Assembly (NCBI GenBank): GCA_965231095.1
Contig: OZ246416.1
Coordinates: 1 to 48,937, forward strand
DNA: 48,937 nucleotides
Source of the DNA: an uncultured Gammaproteobacteria bacterium
Lineage (GTDB): Bacteria > Patescibacteriota > Patescibacteriia > XYB2-FULL-38-15
Direction: 5' to 3'
A model generated the notes under the pieces. It searched no databases. It worked only from the letters and a program-made list of their open reading frames with translations, and had not been told where the DNA came from. Positions 38,109-46,753 of this stretch are shown piece by piece; position 1 is the stretch's first letter; the number at the start of each line of letters is the position of its first letter. The translations under genes were made by a program, and so were the position numbers.

Positions 38109-38249
38109 CGAACTCCTCCTTGTCCATCCTCGCTGGGATGGCCTTTTCTTTTAAACAGCCCCCTTGGCTGTTTGGGCTATGAAGCCCACACGAAAAAGCG
38201 TTATTTTCGCCCTTTCGTCTGGGTTTTAAGCCAAATCAAAACACCTTTT

Positions 38250-38278
38250 AATATACTATATTTTTCTCATTTTGTCAA
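38250..38278 (-). promoter_or_regulatory. Sigma70 promoter of cassette A
   Basis: TTGACA-17 nt-TATATT on the minus strand. Confidence 0.7.
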
Positions 38279-38408
38279 CCCCGTAGTGAAATTTTGGATT
38301 TTTCCGCTTAAAACTGCGAAAACATCTTTCCATCCCAACTAACTCTTATTACAACCAAATAATCTTTGGTGACTTCCATTTTTGCATTCCGAAATTCTAC
38401 TACGGGGT
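38278..38408. mobile_element. MITE-like element, about 131 bp
   Basis: Terminal inverted repeats ACCCCGTAGT/ACTACGGGGT, extendable imperfectly to about 17-20 bp; no ORF; AT-rich interior. Confidence 0.55.
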
Positions 38409-38490
38409 CAATAGCCGCTTACATTTCTTCTTTTCATTTATATTATATCAAAAAATGATGAAAATTTCATTATAATAAAGTAAAATAAAT

Positions 38491-38533
38491 AAAAAATTCC
38501 CCGCGGCCTTTCCTCTTCGGAAATTCCGCGGGG
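38491..38533 (-). terminator. Intrinsic terminator of cassette B with GAAGA loop
   Basis: Minus strand CCCCGCGG-AA-TTTCC-GAAGA-GGAAA-GG-CCGCGGGG then AA and a U-run. Confidence 0.8.
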
Positions 38534-38564
38534 TTTTCGTGTCTGTGCCTGGAGTGGCGCTGGC

Positions 38565-39011
38565 CTAGCGTATCTCTTTCTGTCCTCCCTTGCAGCGGCT
38601 GTAGTTCATGTCGCAGAGCCCCTTGCCGGCCCAGCCGATGGCTTCCGCCTGGCACTCACGGTATTTCTCGTCGCAGCTTTTTTGGGTTTTCGTGTACCAG
38701 AGAACGCCCGCGATGATGGCCACAACGATTGCGAAGATGATCTTGAGGGCGTTCCAGAGGGGCTTTAGGGAGACTTCCTCGGCCGGCGGTTCGTTCGCCG
38801 TGGTGAGTATGGAGCCGCAGTGCTTGCACTTCGTGGCCGTCGCCAGGATCTCCTCCGAACAGAACGGGCATCGCTTCATCTGTTCGGCGAGTGGCGCTCC
38901 GTCAGGTTTTTTGGCCGTGGGCGGTTTCGGGAAAAAGTCCGGAAGCGACGCCCCACACTCGCAAAACGAGTTGGTCGGATCGATCTCGACCCCGCAAGTC
39001 GCGCACTTCAT
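38565..39011 (-). CDS. GC-rich zinc-ribbon membrane protein (double zinc ribbon, zinc ribbon, TM, short Cys-containing tail)
   Basis: CATC...CECG, CPFC...CKHC, TM IIFAIVVAIIAGVLWY; ATG 39011 is 9 nt after AAGGAGGA, better spaced than ATG 39020. Confidence 0.7.
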   Translation of the reverse strand: MKCATCGVEIDPTNSFCECGASLPDFFPKPPTAKKPDGAPLAEQMKRCPFCSEEILATATKCKHCGSILTTANEPPAEEVSLKPLWNALKIIFAIVVAIIAGVLWYTKTQKSCDEKYRECQAEAIGWAGKGLCDMNYSRCKGGQKEIR

Positions 39012-39087
39012 GGATTCCATTCCTCCTTCTTTTTCCGCCCTCAGCGGAAGTTGTGCGGCGCCCCTTGCGCCGCTTTCTGCTACTTTT

Positions 39088-39115
39088 AATCTACGCTATT
39101 TGGGGATTTTGTCAA
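39088..39115 (-). promoter_or_regulatory. Sigma70 promoter of cassette B
   Basis: TTGACA-16 nt-TAGATT on the minus strand; shares TTGACAAAAT and ATTAAAAG with the cassette A promoter. Confidence 0.6.
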
Positions 39116-39214
39116 GGCTATTTTGCCCTCCCGCCAGGCGGGTTTTTGTGATATAATAAATTAATTAAAGTTTGCGGAATAAATACGCAGACAATTTTTA
39201 CTTATCTTTTTTCC

Positions 39215-39853
39215 ATGGCGAATTTTGAGGAGCAAAAATTTCAAAGTGAATTGCGGCAGGCGCAAACGGCTTCATCTAATCAACCGCAAGAAGAAGCTCC
39301 GGAAGAAGCCTCTCCCGAAGAGCCGGAAACATTAGAATCGTCCGAAGCCGAGCAGGCGGCCAGCTCATCGCTTTTCGCAAAAAAAGCCAAAGCCGCGGCA
39401 GAGAAAAAAGTTGGACAGGGGATACAAAAAGCCGGCCAGGCAGGGAAAGGAGCTTCTTTTCTTTTGCGGCGAATCGGTGGGGCTCTTATTTCTTTTGGCG
39501 CCGGAGCGGGAATATCCATAATCGGTTTGATTTTTGGTTTGCCACTTTTGCTAATCGGCATCGGCATTGTCATCATCGGAATTTTTTCTTCAATGGCTTC
39601 GCAGGCCACAATTATGGCCGGGGAAGTTATAGAAAAGAAAGCCAAGGCAGAAGAAAAAAAGATTGTCCAAGCGGCAGGAGGCGGAGGAGGGGGACTGCTT
39701 GATATTTCCGGGAAGGCCGAGCAGGCGGCTAAAGTCGCAAAAAAATTTTCCGGATTTTTGGCCGGGGTATTTATCTCTATTGGGTGCTCATTTTTAGGAT
39801 TATTTTCCGGTTTTATCTTTATCGCGGCGATTGTGATGTTTCTTGTAAGTTAA
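39215..39853 (+). CDS. Hypothetical membrane protein of the T4SS-like locus
   Basis: Acidic N-terminus, Gly-rich hydrophobic hairpin, C-terminal TM. Confidence 0.6.
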   Translation: MANFEEQKFQSELRQAQTASSNQPQEEAPEEASPEEPETLESSEAEQAASSSLFAKKAKAAAEKKVGQGIQKAGQAGKGASFLLRRIGGALISFGAGAGISIIGLIFGLPLLLIGIGIVIIGIFSSMASQATIMAGEVIEKKAKAEEKKIVQAAGGGGGGLLDISGKAEQAAKVAKKFSGFLAGVFISIGCSFLGLFSGFIFIAAIVMFLVS

Positions 39854-39919
39854 GTTTGGCTTGTCTTCATTTTTGTAGTATAATATTGTAAAGCGGAAGT
39901 AAAAGAAAAAAGATTAATT

Positions 39920-42376
39920 ATGTTTGAATTTTTCAGCCCAAAAAAGAAAGCATTGGTGGCGGTTTTGGTATTGGCCGCGTTCGCCGGCATTTTGGCTTTT
40001 GGGATTTTTAGTTTTGCCAAACCGGCAGAGGCGGTAGGAGCAGGAACGATTGCCAAGGCAATCGGTTGGACTGGGGGAATCGCTTTGGCGGGTTACGGAG
40101 TGATGCAAATTTCTGAAAGTGTGGCCGACGCGCTCGCGAGTTTTGACATAATGGTGGTAGCCATGCTTGCAGGATTAGCGAAATTTTTGGGTAACATTTT
40201 TACCTGGGTGGTGGGGATGTTGGTTCAGGTGGCGGCGTATAATAGTTTTTTGGATGCCACGGCGGTCGTCACCGGTTGGGTGATTGTTCGCGATGTGGCA
40301 AATATGTTTTTTGTTTTGATTTTGCTTGTGATTTCCATTGCCACGATTTTGCGGGTTGAGGCCTACTCATACAAAAAATTACTGCCCAAGCTTTTGTTAA
40401 TGGCGGTTTTAATTAATTTTAGTAAAACGATTTGCGGCATTATTATTGATTTTGCTCAGGTTATAATGCTTACTTTTGTAAACGCTTTTCAGGCGGCGGC
40501 CGGCGCAAATTTTTTCCAAGCGCTTGGCCTTGATAAATTATTTAGTTTTGAAAATTTGGCTCAAGCTGTTAGCGCGGAGGGTCAGCAGTGGGATTTGGTG
40601 GGTACAGCTCTTTTGGCGATGATCGTAACTTTGGTTGCAACTATCACGGTTGGAGTTTTGTTGGTAGTGCTCGTGGCAAGAATTGTTGTTCTTTGGACTT
40701 TAATTGTCCTTTCGCCTCTGGCATATCTTTTGGCTTCTTTCCCGCAGGGGCAAGCGTACGCCAAACAATGGTGGGACGAATTTTCAAAATATGTAATTTC
40801 CGGGCCGATTTTAGCTTTCTTTATTTGGTTGGCCCTAATTGTTGCCGGAGGAGGAAACGCGAATACAGAAGTAGGAGTTGATTTTACCGGAGCGGCTATA
40901 CCATCGGCTATGGGTGATATTGCTGATCCAAATCTACTGTCGTCGCTTGTGGTGGGAGTGACAATGCTTTTAGTTGGGTTGATGTTTACGCAAAAATTGG
41001 GAATTATCGGTTCGGGCGTGGCCGGAGCGGCGTTGTCTGGGTTACGATCGGCGGGAACAAAACCGTTTAGGATGGCGTGGAGCGGAGCAAAGGGTGGTGT
41101 TGGTTTGGCGTGGAGGGGGGCGAAGGGCGCGGCAAAGTTCGGCGCGGGGCAGGTTTCGGATCTTACTTATGCCAAAACCGGTGTGGCTCTTCCTTTTTCC
41201 GAGCGGAGAAAAGAAGCAAGAGCCAAAAGAAGAAAAAATATTTCTTCTATGCGCGAGGCGGAAGGAATGGCAAAATCCGCGGAACGGATGGCCGGCGGCC
41301 GGGCGTTTTTGGCGGGAGCTTTAGATCCGCGAGCCGCTTCTAAAATAAGCAGATGGGAAATGGCTAAGGCGACGCTTGGCGGGAAAGAAGCACAGGCAAA
41401 AGTGCGTCGCGCCGCGGACAGTTTGGCGGGCGCGGCGGCTGACGAGATGCGTCCGGTTGATAAATTGCAAGGAGAAAGGTTAAAACAGAGAACCGAGGAA
41501 CAGATAGCGCAACGACAATTAGAGAAGACAAGGAAAGACACCGAATTTCGTGGTGTGATGGCTACGAGAGATGCAGAACTTTCCGCGACTGTAACTACAC
41601 AACAGACTGAAGCCGGCAATAAGGAAGCTGAAGCAAATCGGCTCTCTACAATTAATAAGTTTCAAAAACGAGTACCGCTAAGTGACAATGATTTGCGTGA
41701 AGTCATGGTTGAAGATAAAATTCAGGGAGATTTGAAACAGGAAAAAACCCGACGCGAGCGAGCAGGTCTGCCCAAATTTTCAGGAAGAGAGGAAGCTAGA
41801 TTTATTGCGGATAAACGAAATATTCATAATCCAGCAACCACTCTTGCTGATGCCGCCGCTGAGCGAGCGATGATGCAGGGCGCGTTGGTTGGTGTTGCTC
41901 CGGTTTCAGATGATCAGGTTAAAGTTGCTCAGAAAGAATTGAGGGAAGCCAAGGGAACGCTGGAAGCGGCTACGCATTCTTTAGATACATTTAGAGATAG
42001 GGTTAATAATCCAAAAGCGGCCAGAGCGGATGCCTTATCGCGGCGAGAGGCGGCGCGTGAACAAGGAAATGACGCCGAGGTTAGAAAAATAAACCTTGAG
42101 TTGGGCGAGCTTGAACCAGTGGTGAAAATTAAAGATGTGAACAATTTCTTTAAGATGTCGTACGAAGAGCAGGTAAAAGTTGCCGTAAAGTCAGCTGAAG
42201 GAGTGTCAGAGAGTAAATTAGCTCAAGATATCGCGGCATCTTTAAAGAGCGGGGAAATAACTCGTGGAGAACGTGATGAGGTGATGAAACTTTGGGCGGA
42301 AAAAGATTTTAAGGCCGCACGAGAACGATTAGATGATATTTTGAAAAAAGTAAAAGCGGCGGCGCAAACGCCATAG
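39920..42376 (+). CDS. VirB6/TrbL-like polytopic membrane protein with long charged helical C-terminus
   Basis: GWVIVRDVANMFFVLILLVISIATIL, LLINFSK-like motif, RIVVLWTLIVLSPLAYL, QWWDEFSKY; about 8 TMs; position upstream of PrgI/VirB4. Confidence 0.7.
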   Translation: MFEFFSPKKKALVAVLVLAAFAGILAFGIFSFAKPAEAVGAGTIAKAIGWTGGIALAGYGVMQISESVADALASFDIMVVAMLAGLAKFLGNIFTWVVGMLVQVAAYNSFLDATAVVTGWVIVRDVANMFFVLILLVISIATILRVEAYSYKKLLPKLLLMAVLINFSKTICGIIIDFAQVIMLTFVNAFQAAAGANFFQALGLDKLFSFENLAQAVSAEGQQWDLVGTALLAMIVTLVATITVGVLLVVLVARIVVLWTLIVLSPLAYLLASFPQGQAYAKQWWDEFSKYVISGPILAFFIWLALIVAGGGNANTEVGVDFTGAAIPSAMGDIADPNLLSSLVVGVTMLLVGLMFTQKLGIIGSGVAGAALSGLRSAGTKPFRMAWSGAKGGVGLAWRGAKGAAKFGAGQVSDLTYAKTGVALPFSERRKEARAKRRKNISSMREAEGMAKSAERMAGGRAFLAGALDPRAASKISRWEMAKATLGGKEAQAKVRRAADSLAGAAADEMRPVDKLQGERLKQRTEEQIAQRQLEKTRKDTEFRGVMATRDAELSATVTTQQTEAGNKEAEANRLSTINKFQKRVPLSDNDLREVMVEDKIQGDLKQEKTRRERAGLPKFSGREEARFIADKRNIHNPATTLADAAAERAMMQGALVGVAPVSDDQVKVAQKELREAKGTLEAATHSLDTFRDRVNNPKAARADALSRREAAREQGNDAEVRKINLELGELEPVVKIKDVNNFFKMSYEEQVKVAVKSAEGVSESKLAQDIAASLKSGEITRGERDEVMKLWAEKDFKAARERLDDILKKVKAAAQTP

Positions 42377-42384
42377 ATTAAAAT

Positions 42385-43470
42385 ATGGACGCAAAAAATA
42401 ACATTAAAGAGTTGGAAGAAAAAATAAAAAATCTGCCGAAAGGCAAGGAGAGGGATTTGTGGCAGAAAGTTTTGGATGAAGCAAGGAGATTTGGAGTAAT
42501 GTCGGATAAAGAAATTGCAGTTGAATTAAAAAAATCCGAGGAGGAAGCGGCGTTGGCCGAAGAGCAGTTGAAAATTTTGGCGATGAGCAAGGAGGAAAGA
42601 GAAACGGAGGTAGTTGGTGTTAGGGCCGAAGCCGGACGAAAAATCAAGGAAGCGGAAAAAGAATGGGAGGAAGCAATGGAAGCGATTGCGCCGATTTTGG
42701 TTACCGAAGACGTAGTAAGAAGAGAGGCGGAAGCACGGATGGAAAAAATAATTACCGCGGATAAGACAGAGGAACTTTTGGAAAATTTAAAATCATTTTT
42801 GGCAAAAAAAGATTTGGCCGGGATCGGAGCGGTTTTAAAAAGAGTGACAGCGGCGGGGGAGATGGGAGGAGTTTTAAATTTCTACGGATATCCGTCAAAT
42901 GTTTTGGGCATGCATCAATTTTTTAATGAAATGATTATTGGTGATCGGCCGATTTTGGGAGAAGCGGCTTATGAAAATTTATTATTTCAGCAAAAAGTTT
43001 ACGCTCTAGAGCAGGATATTTCTTCGCTTGCCGCCGGTCAAAACAATTGGACATTGGCTTTTTCGGTTGGCAGAAAGGCGAGGATTTGGCACGAATTGGA
43101 AGAAGACGACCATTTGACCGCGGCACTTTGGGCAGTGGAGAAAATTTCCCCGGAGGCGGCGGCGCGGCAATTCGGTCCGGCCGCTTACGGATATTTTTTG
43201 CCGCAAGAAAAAGGGGATTTGGCCGCTGGAAATTTTGAACTCGGTTCGGAGGGAAAATTAATTCTTGCGATGCACGCCAAGGTTTTTGAAAAACAATTAG
43301 AGAAAAATGATTTTAATCCTCTGGCCGCGGCGGTTTTATCAAAATCAGAAAAAGAATTTAGGGGATTTGGTTTGCCCGAATCATTTAGGGCGGCATTAAA
43401 AAAATATTTTGAAGAGATAAAAAATAAACCGGAAATGGCCGACATTGTTTGGCAAGAAATGAAAAAATAA
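42385..43470 (+). CDS. Hypothetical helical protein
   Basis: Long ORF in operon spacing, coiled-coil-like N-terminal half. Confidence 0.65.
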   Translation: MDAKNNIKELEEKIKNLPKGKERDLWQKVLDEARRFGVMSDKEIAVELKKSEEEAALAEEQLKILAMSKEERETEVVGVRAEAGRKIKEAEKEWEEAMEAIAPILVTEDVVRREAEARMEKIITADKTEELLENLKSFLAKKDLAGIGAVLKRVTAAGEMGGVLNFYGYPSNVLGMHQFFNEMIIGDRPILGEAAYENLLFQQKVYALEQDISSLAAGQNNWTLAFSVGRKARIWHELEEDDHLTAALWAVEKISPEAAARQFGPAAYGYFLPQEKGDLAAGNFELGSEGKLILAMHAKVFEKQLEKNDFNPLAAAVLSKSEKEFRGFGLPESFRAALKKYFEEIKNKPEMADIVWQEMKK

Positions 43471-43476
43471 TTTTGT

Positions 43477-44712
43477 ATGATTGATTTTAATGATCAAAAA
43501 ATTATTGAAGCCGTGGGGTGGCACGCGGATCGGGCCGTGAATTTTGATTTGGCGCGCGAGGCAAAGATTTTGGCGGATTTTTTAGAAAAAAATTTATCGG
43601 CGAGCACGATTGCGGCGCCGGAAGATGAGCTGATCTATCAAGAATTATTGGCAAAAGTTAAATTTATTGCCCTGCCAACGCTTGATGCCGATAAAATAGT
43701 TAATCTCTTGCAAGAAAATTTTACTTTGATTTTTGAAATGTCCGATTACGATCTTTGGAAAAAAATAAAAACGAAATTGATCGCCACGGCGAAATTTGAA
43801 GAAAGGGATATTTTAAAAAAGAAAATTGGCGCGGCTCTCGCGGCAAATGAGCAATCTCTGACTTCTGACGGAATTGTTTTGGGAAGTACGGAGGTTAGGG
43901 GAACCGTCAAAAATTGGCTGACGGATGCCCGGCAGACTTTGGGCTCGGGAAAAACGGAGATTGTGCAATTGTCGCAATATTTGATTAATAGCCCAAATAC
44001 GAAAAAATTGAGCGAAGAAGATCGGCATAAAGTTGATTACCTTTTAAAATTTTATGAGAAGACGAAAACATCTTCCACGGAACTCGGGGGAATGGAAGAA
44101 ATAACAATTTTTGAAGTGGATGGAGCATTGGATGTTTTTGAAGAAGGAAAAACTGAACGAACCAGAAAAGAAATCAAGGATAAAGTTGTTGAATTTCAGA
44201 GCGCCCAAACTACGACCGGAATTCAGGATGAAATTCAAGCAAGGTATCGCGGGGATGAAGCGGAGGAGAAAAAAATTTCCGCGGAAATAAAAAAAATTCA
44301 GAAAGTCGCGGGCGGAGATTTTAAAAAAATATCCGACGAACTGTTTCGCACCATTTCCGGTTCCGACCGGCCGGCTGATAAAACTCAGATAGTCGTAATT
44401 TTAAAAGTTTTATCCGAAGCGGGGCAGATAGAAAATTTATTGGCTGATAAAAGATTTGGTGATATGTTGGCGGCTTACTTAAAAAAGAATAAACCAACAG
44501 AGGCAAGTGGTTTTAAGATTAATCCGCGCTCGCCGCAATACATTAGCGCTCTTTTGCAGTATTTTTTAAAAGACATCGCGGGGATGGGTGAGGACGATTC
44601 AGGAAGAATTGGCATGCAGATTTTAAATGTTCTGGCTAAAAAGGGAGGAAAAAATAAATATCAGGGGTTAGTTTATTTTGATTTAGAAAAAAAAGAATTT
44701 CGGTGGAGTTAA
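43477..44712 (+). CDS. Hypothetical helical protein
   Basis: Long ORF, 6-nt gap after previous gene, host-like codon use. Confidence 0.65.
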   Translation: MIDFNDQKIIEAVGWHADRAVNFDLAREAKILADFLEKNLSASTIAAPEDELIYQELLAKVKFIALPTLDADKIVNLLQENFTLIFEMSDYDLWKKIKTKLIATAKFEERDILKKKIGAALAANEQSLTSDGIVLGSTEVRGTVKNWLTDARQTLGSGKTEIVQLSQYLINSPNTKKLSEEDRHKVDYLLKFYEKTKTSSTELGGMEEITIFEVDGALDVFEEGKTERTRKEIKDKVVEFQSAQTTTGIQDEIQARYRGDEAEEKKISAEIKKIQKVAGGDFKKISDELFRTISGSDRPADKTQIVVILKVLSEAGQIENLLADKRFGDMLAAYLKKNKPTEASGFKINPRSPQYISALLQYFLKDIAGMGEDDSGRIGMQILNVLAKKGGKNKYQGLVYFDLEKKEFRWS

Positions 44713-44727
44713 TATTAAATTTTTCCC

Positions 44728-46293
44728 ATGTCCGACTTTGGAGACGAAATTATTATCCGAGATTCCTCCGGCAAGTTTAAAATTTTGCGCGGCGGAAAGT
44801 TTTATGATTTGGAAGAAGAGGCAGCCAAGCCGAAAACAGCGGCGTTGACATCAAAATTGGCGGAAGAGGTTTTAAAAAAGAGTGGAATAATTTTGGCAGA
44901 AAATTTGAAAGAAAGGTTCGCGGATATTGTTGAAGCGTATAGAAGAGATGTGCGGGATAAGTTTGAAACAAAAGCTACGCTTACGCGACGGATCGGGGAG
45001 GGCGGAATGGAAATATCTTCGGAACAGGCTGATTTGGTTATAAAATTAATTAAAGAAAAAGCGGCGCCGGGGACAGGCGGCGCGGAAACGAAAAAAAGTT
45101 TGCCGCAGACCGGAATGGTGCCCAAAATGGAGCCCGAGGCGGCTCGGCCAAAACTGAAAACCCCGGAGCTCGCCCCGGGAGTCAGAGAATTTGTTTTTTC
45201 CCGGGCCGATGAGGAAGAAATTGGGGAGGCGCGCGAAAAACTTCCCAAAATTTCCGCTGGAACAAAGCCGGCCGAGATAAATAAAATTATTCAGGAAATT
45301 ATTGCGGAGAGCGGCGCACAGTTATCTTCGGAAGCGAGAGGAAAATTGGAAGGAATTTTACTGACCCATTTTAAAGATATACGCGACGGTTTTGAGACAA
45401 GAGAAATGTTGGGCACGGCGGCAGGTCCGGCCGGAGTTCCGCTCGCGCCGGAAGCTATGGAGAAAATTTTATCCTTGGCGCGCGAGAAGTTCGGGCGGCT
45501 GGGAGAAAAATCAAAAGAAACTGAACTTCAAAAAATAAAACTAGCCGAGGACGAGGAAAAAACCAAGTTGGGAGAAGCTAAGGAGAAAACTTTTAGTGAA
45601 ATAAAAAATAAAATGGACGCGCGTTGGCAAGAAATTACAAGACGAACCGCGCCGTCTCCAATGGACGTGCCGGCGGAATTCTTCGCGCCGCCCGTGGGGT
45701 TGCAGGTCGCCTCGGGCGGAAAATTTGCCAGGCCGTTGCCCTCTCGCGCGCCACAGGTCGCGCCGCCCGTCCCGCAAGCTCCGGCAACGGAAAAGAAAGA
45801 GGTTTCAACCCCGCTTAAAGAATCCGCGAAGTTATTGCTTGATTTGCCGGAGGAAGAAAAACCAAAACCGCTTCAAATTTTAAAACCAATTTCTCCGCAG
45901 CAGGTTCGAAGGCCAATTCCTCCGCGCGATAATCGGCCGCGGCTTGATGATGTAAAATACGTTCCGAAACTTGTCGGGCCGGTGGAAGAACTCCGCGAGA
46001 TGACACTTGTTGATTTTCGTCGGCTTGGCGCAAATCCCGCGGGAGCCGCGGAAAAAATTAAAGAGAAAATAGCCCTTTTGGAGAGAGAAGCTTTTTCTAA
46101 AAAAATAGCCGGTACGAAAGCTTGGCAGGAGTCGGAAGTCAATAAAATTTATCTTGAGATTGGCCGCGAGAGTTTGCAAAAAGGATTGTCCGCGGACAAG
46201 ACCATCGCTGAGAGAACGGCGGCGGGCCAGAGGACACTTACCGTGGAAGAATACAGAGCAGTGATGGAGTTAAACCGGGCTTTGAGATACTAG
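44728..46293 (+). CDS. Hypothetical protein with internal repeat and Pro-rich linker
   Basis: Two RD.RD.FET-type units; PAP-rich segment; C-terminal GPVEEL...DFRRL domain. Confidence 0.65.
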   Translation: MSDFGDEIIIRDSSGKFKILRGGKFYDLEEEAAKPKTAALTSKLAEEVLKKSGIILAENLKERFADIVEAYRRDVRDKFETKATLTRRIGEGGMEISSEQADLVIKLIKEKAAPGTGGAETKKSLPQTGMVPKMEPEAARPKLKTPELAPGVREFVFSRADEEEIGEAREKLPKISAGTKPAEINKIIQEIIAESGAQLSSEARGKLEGILLTHFKDIRDGFETREMLGTAAGPAGVPLAPEAMEKILSLAREKFGRLGEKSKETELQKIKLAEDEEKTKLGEAKEKTFSEIKNKMDARWQEITRRTAPSPMDVPAEFFAPPVGLQVASGGKFARPLPSRAPQVAPPVPQAPATEKKEVSTPLKESAKLLLDLPEEEKPKPLQILKPISPQQVRRPIPPRDNRPRLDDVKYVPKLVGPVEELREMTLVDFRRLGANPAGAAEKIKEKIALLEREAFSKKIAGTKAWQESEVNKIYLEIGRESLQKGLSADKTIAERTAAGQRTLTVEEYRAVMELNRALRY

Positions 46294-46318
46294 GAAAAAA
46301 TGCTATAATATAGTAAAT

Positions 46319-46744
46319 ATGCAACAGTTCGTTATTCCTCAATTTATAGACGTGGAAGATAAAATAATCGGGCCGATCACCACCCGCCAATTTATCATTC
46401 TTTTGGGCATGACGATTATTTTGTTTATTGCTTATAAACTTCTGACTTTTCTCTATTTTATAACTTTTGGGATTCCTGTTTTTGGTTTGGCGATTGTTTT
46501 GGCGTTTATCAAAGTTAATGGCCAGCCGTTTCATTTTTTTCTTTTAAATCTCATTCAAACTTTGCGGCGGCCAAAACTCAGAGTTTGGAATAAAGAATCA
46601 ACTTCGGGCGAGCTGCAGCAATATTTAAAAAAAGAAGAGGTGAAAATTATCCCGCCAAGGCCGATTAAAGAACGGATGGTGGCGACAAAATTGGCGGAAT
46701 TATCATTGATTGTAAATACGGGCGGAGTATATAAAGGCGAATAA
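46319..46744 (+). CDS. PrgI-family (VirB3-like) protein
   Basis: MQQFVIPQFIDVEDKIIGPITTRQF start, two TMs, FIKVNGQPF. Confidence 0.85.
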   Translation: MQQFVIPQFIDVEDKIIGPITTRQFIILLGMTIILFIAYKLLTFLYFITFGIPVFGLAIVLAFIKVNGQPFHFFLLNLIQTLRRPKLRVWNKESTSGELQQYLKKEEVKIIPPRPIKERMVATKLAELSLIVNTGGVYKGE

Positions 46745-46753
46745 TTTATTTTT

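Noticed and set aside
37572-39115. Integron gene cassettes or prophage
   Set aside because: No attC-type RYYYAAC/GTTRRRY pairs, integrase or phage genes seen; each gene has its own promoter and terminator
37860-39156. Plus-strand ORFs 37860-38342 and 38608-39156 and other overlapping ORFs
   Set aside because: Shadows of GC-rich minus-strand genes, which have the SD, promoter, terminator and recognisable motifs
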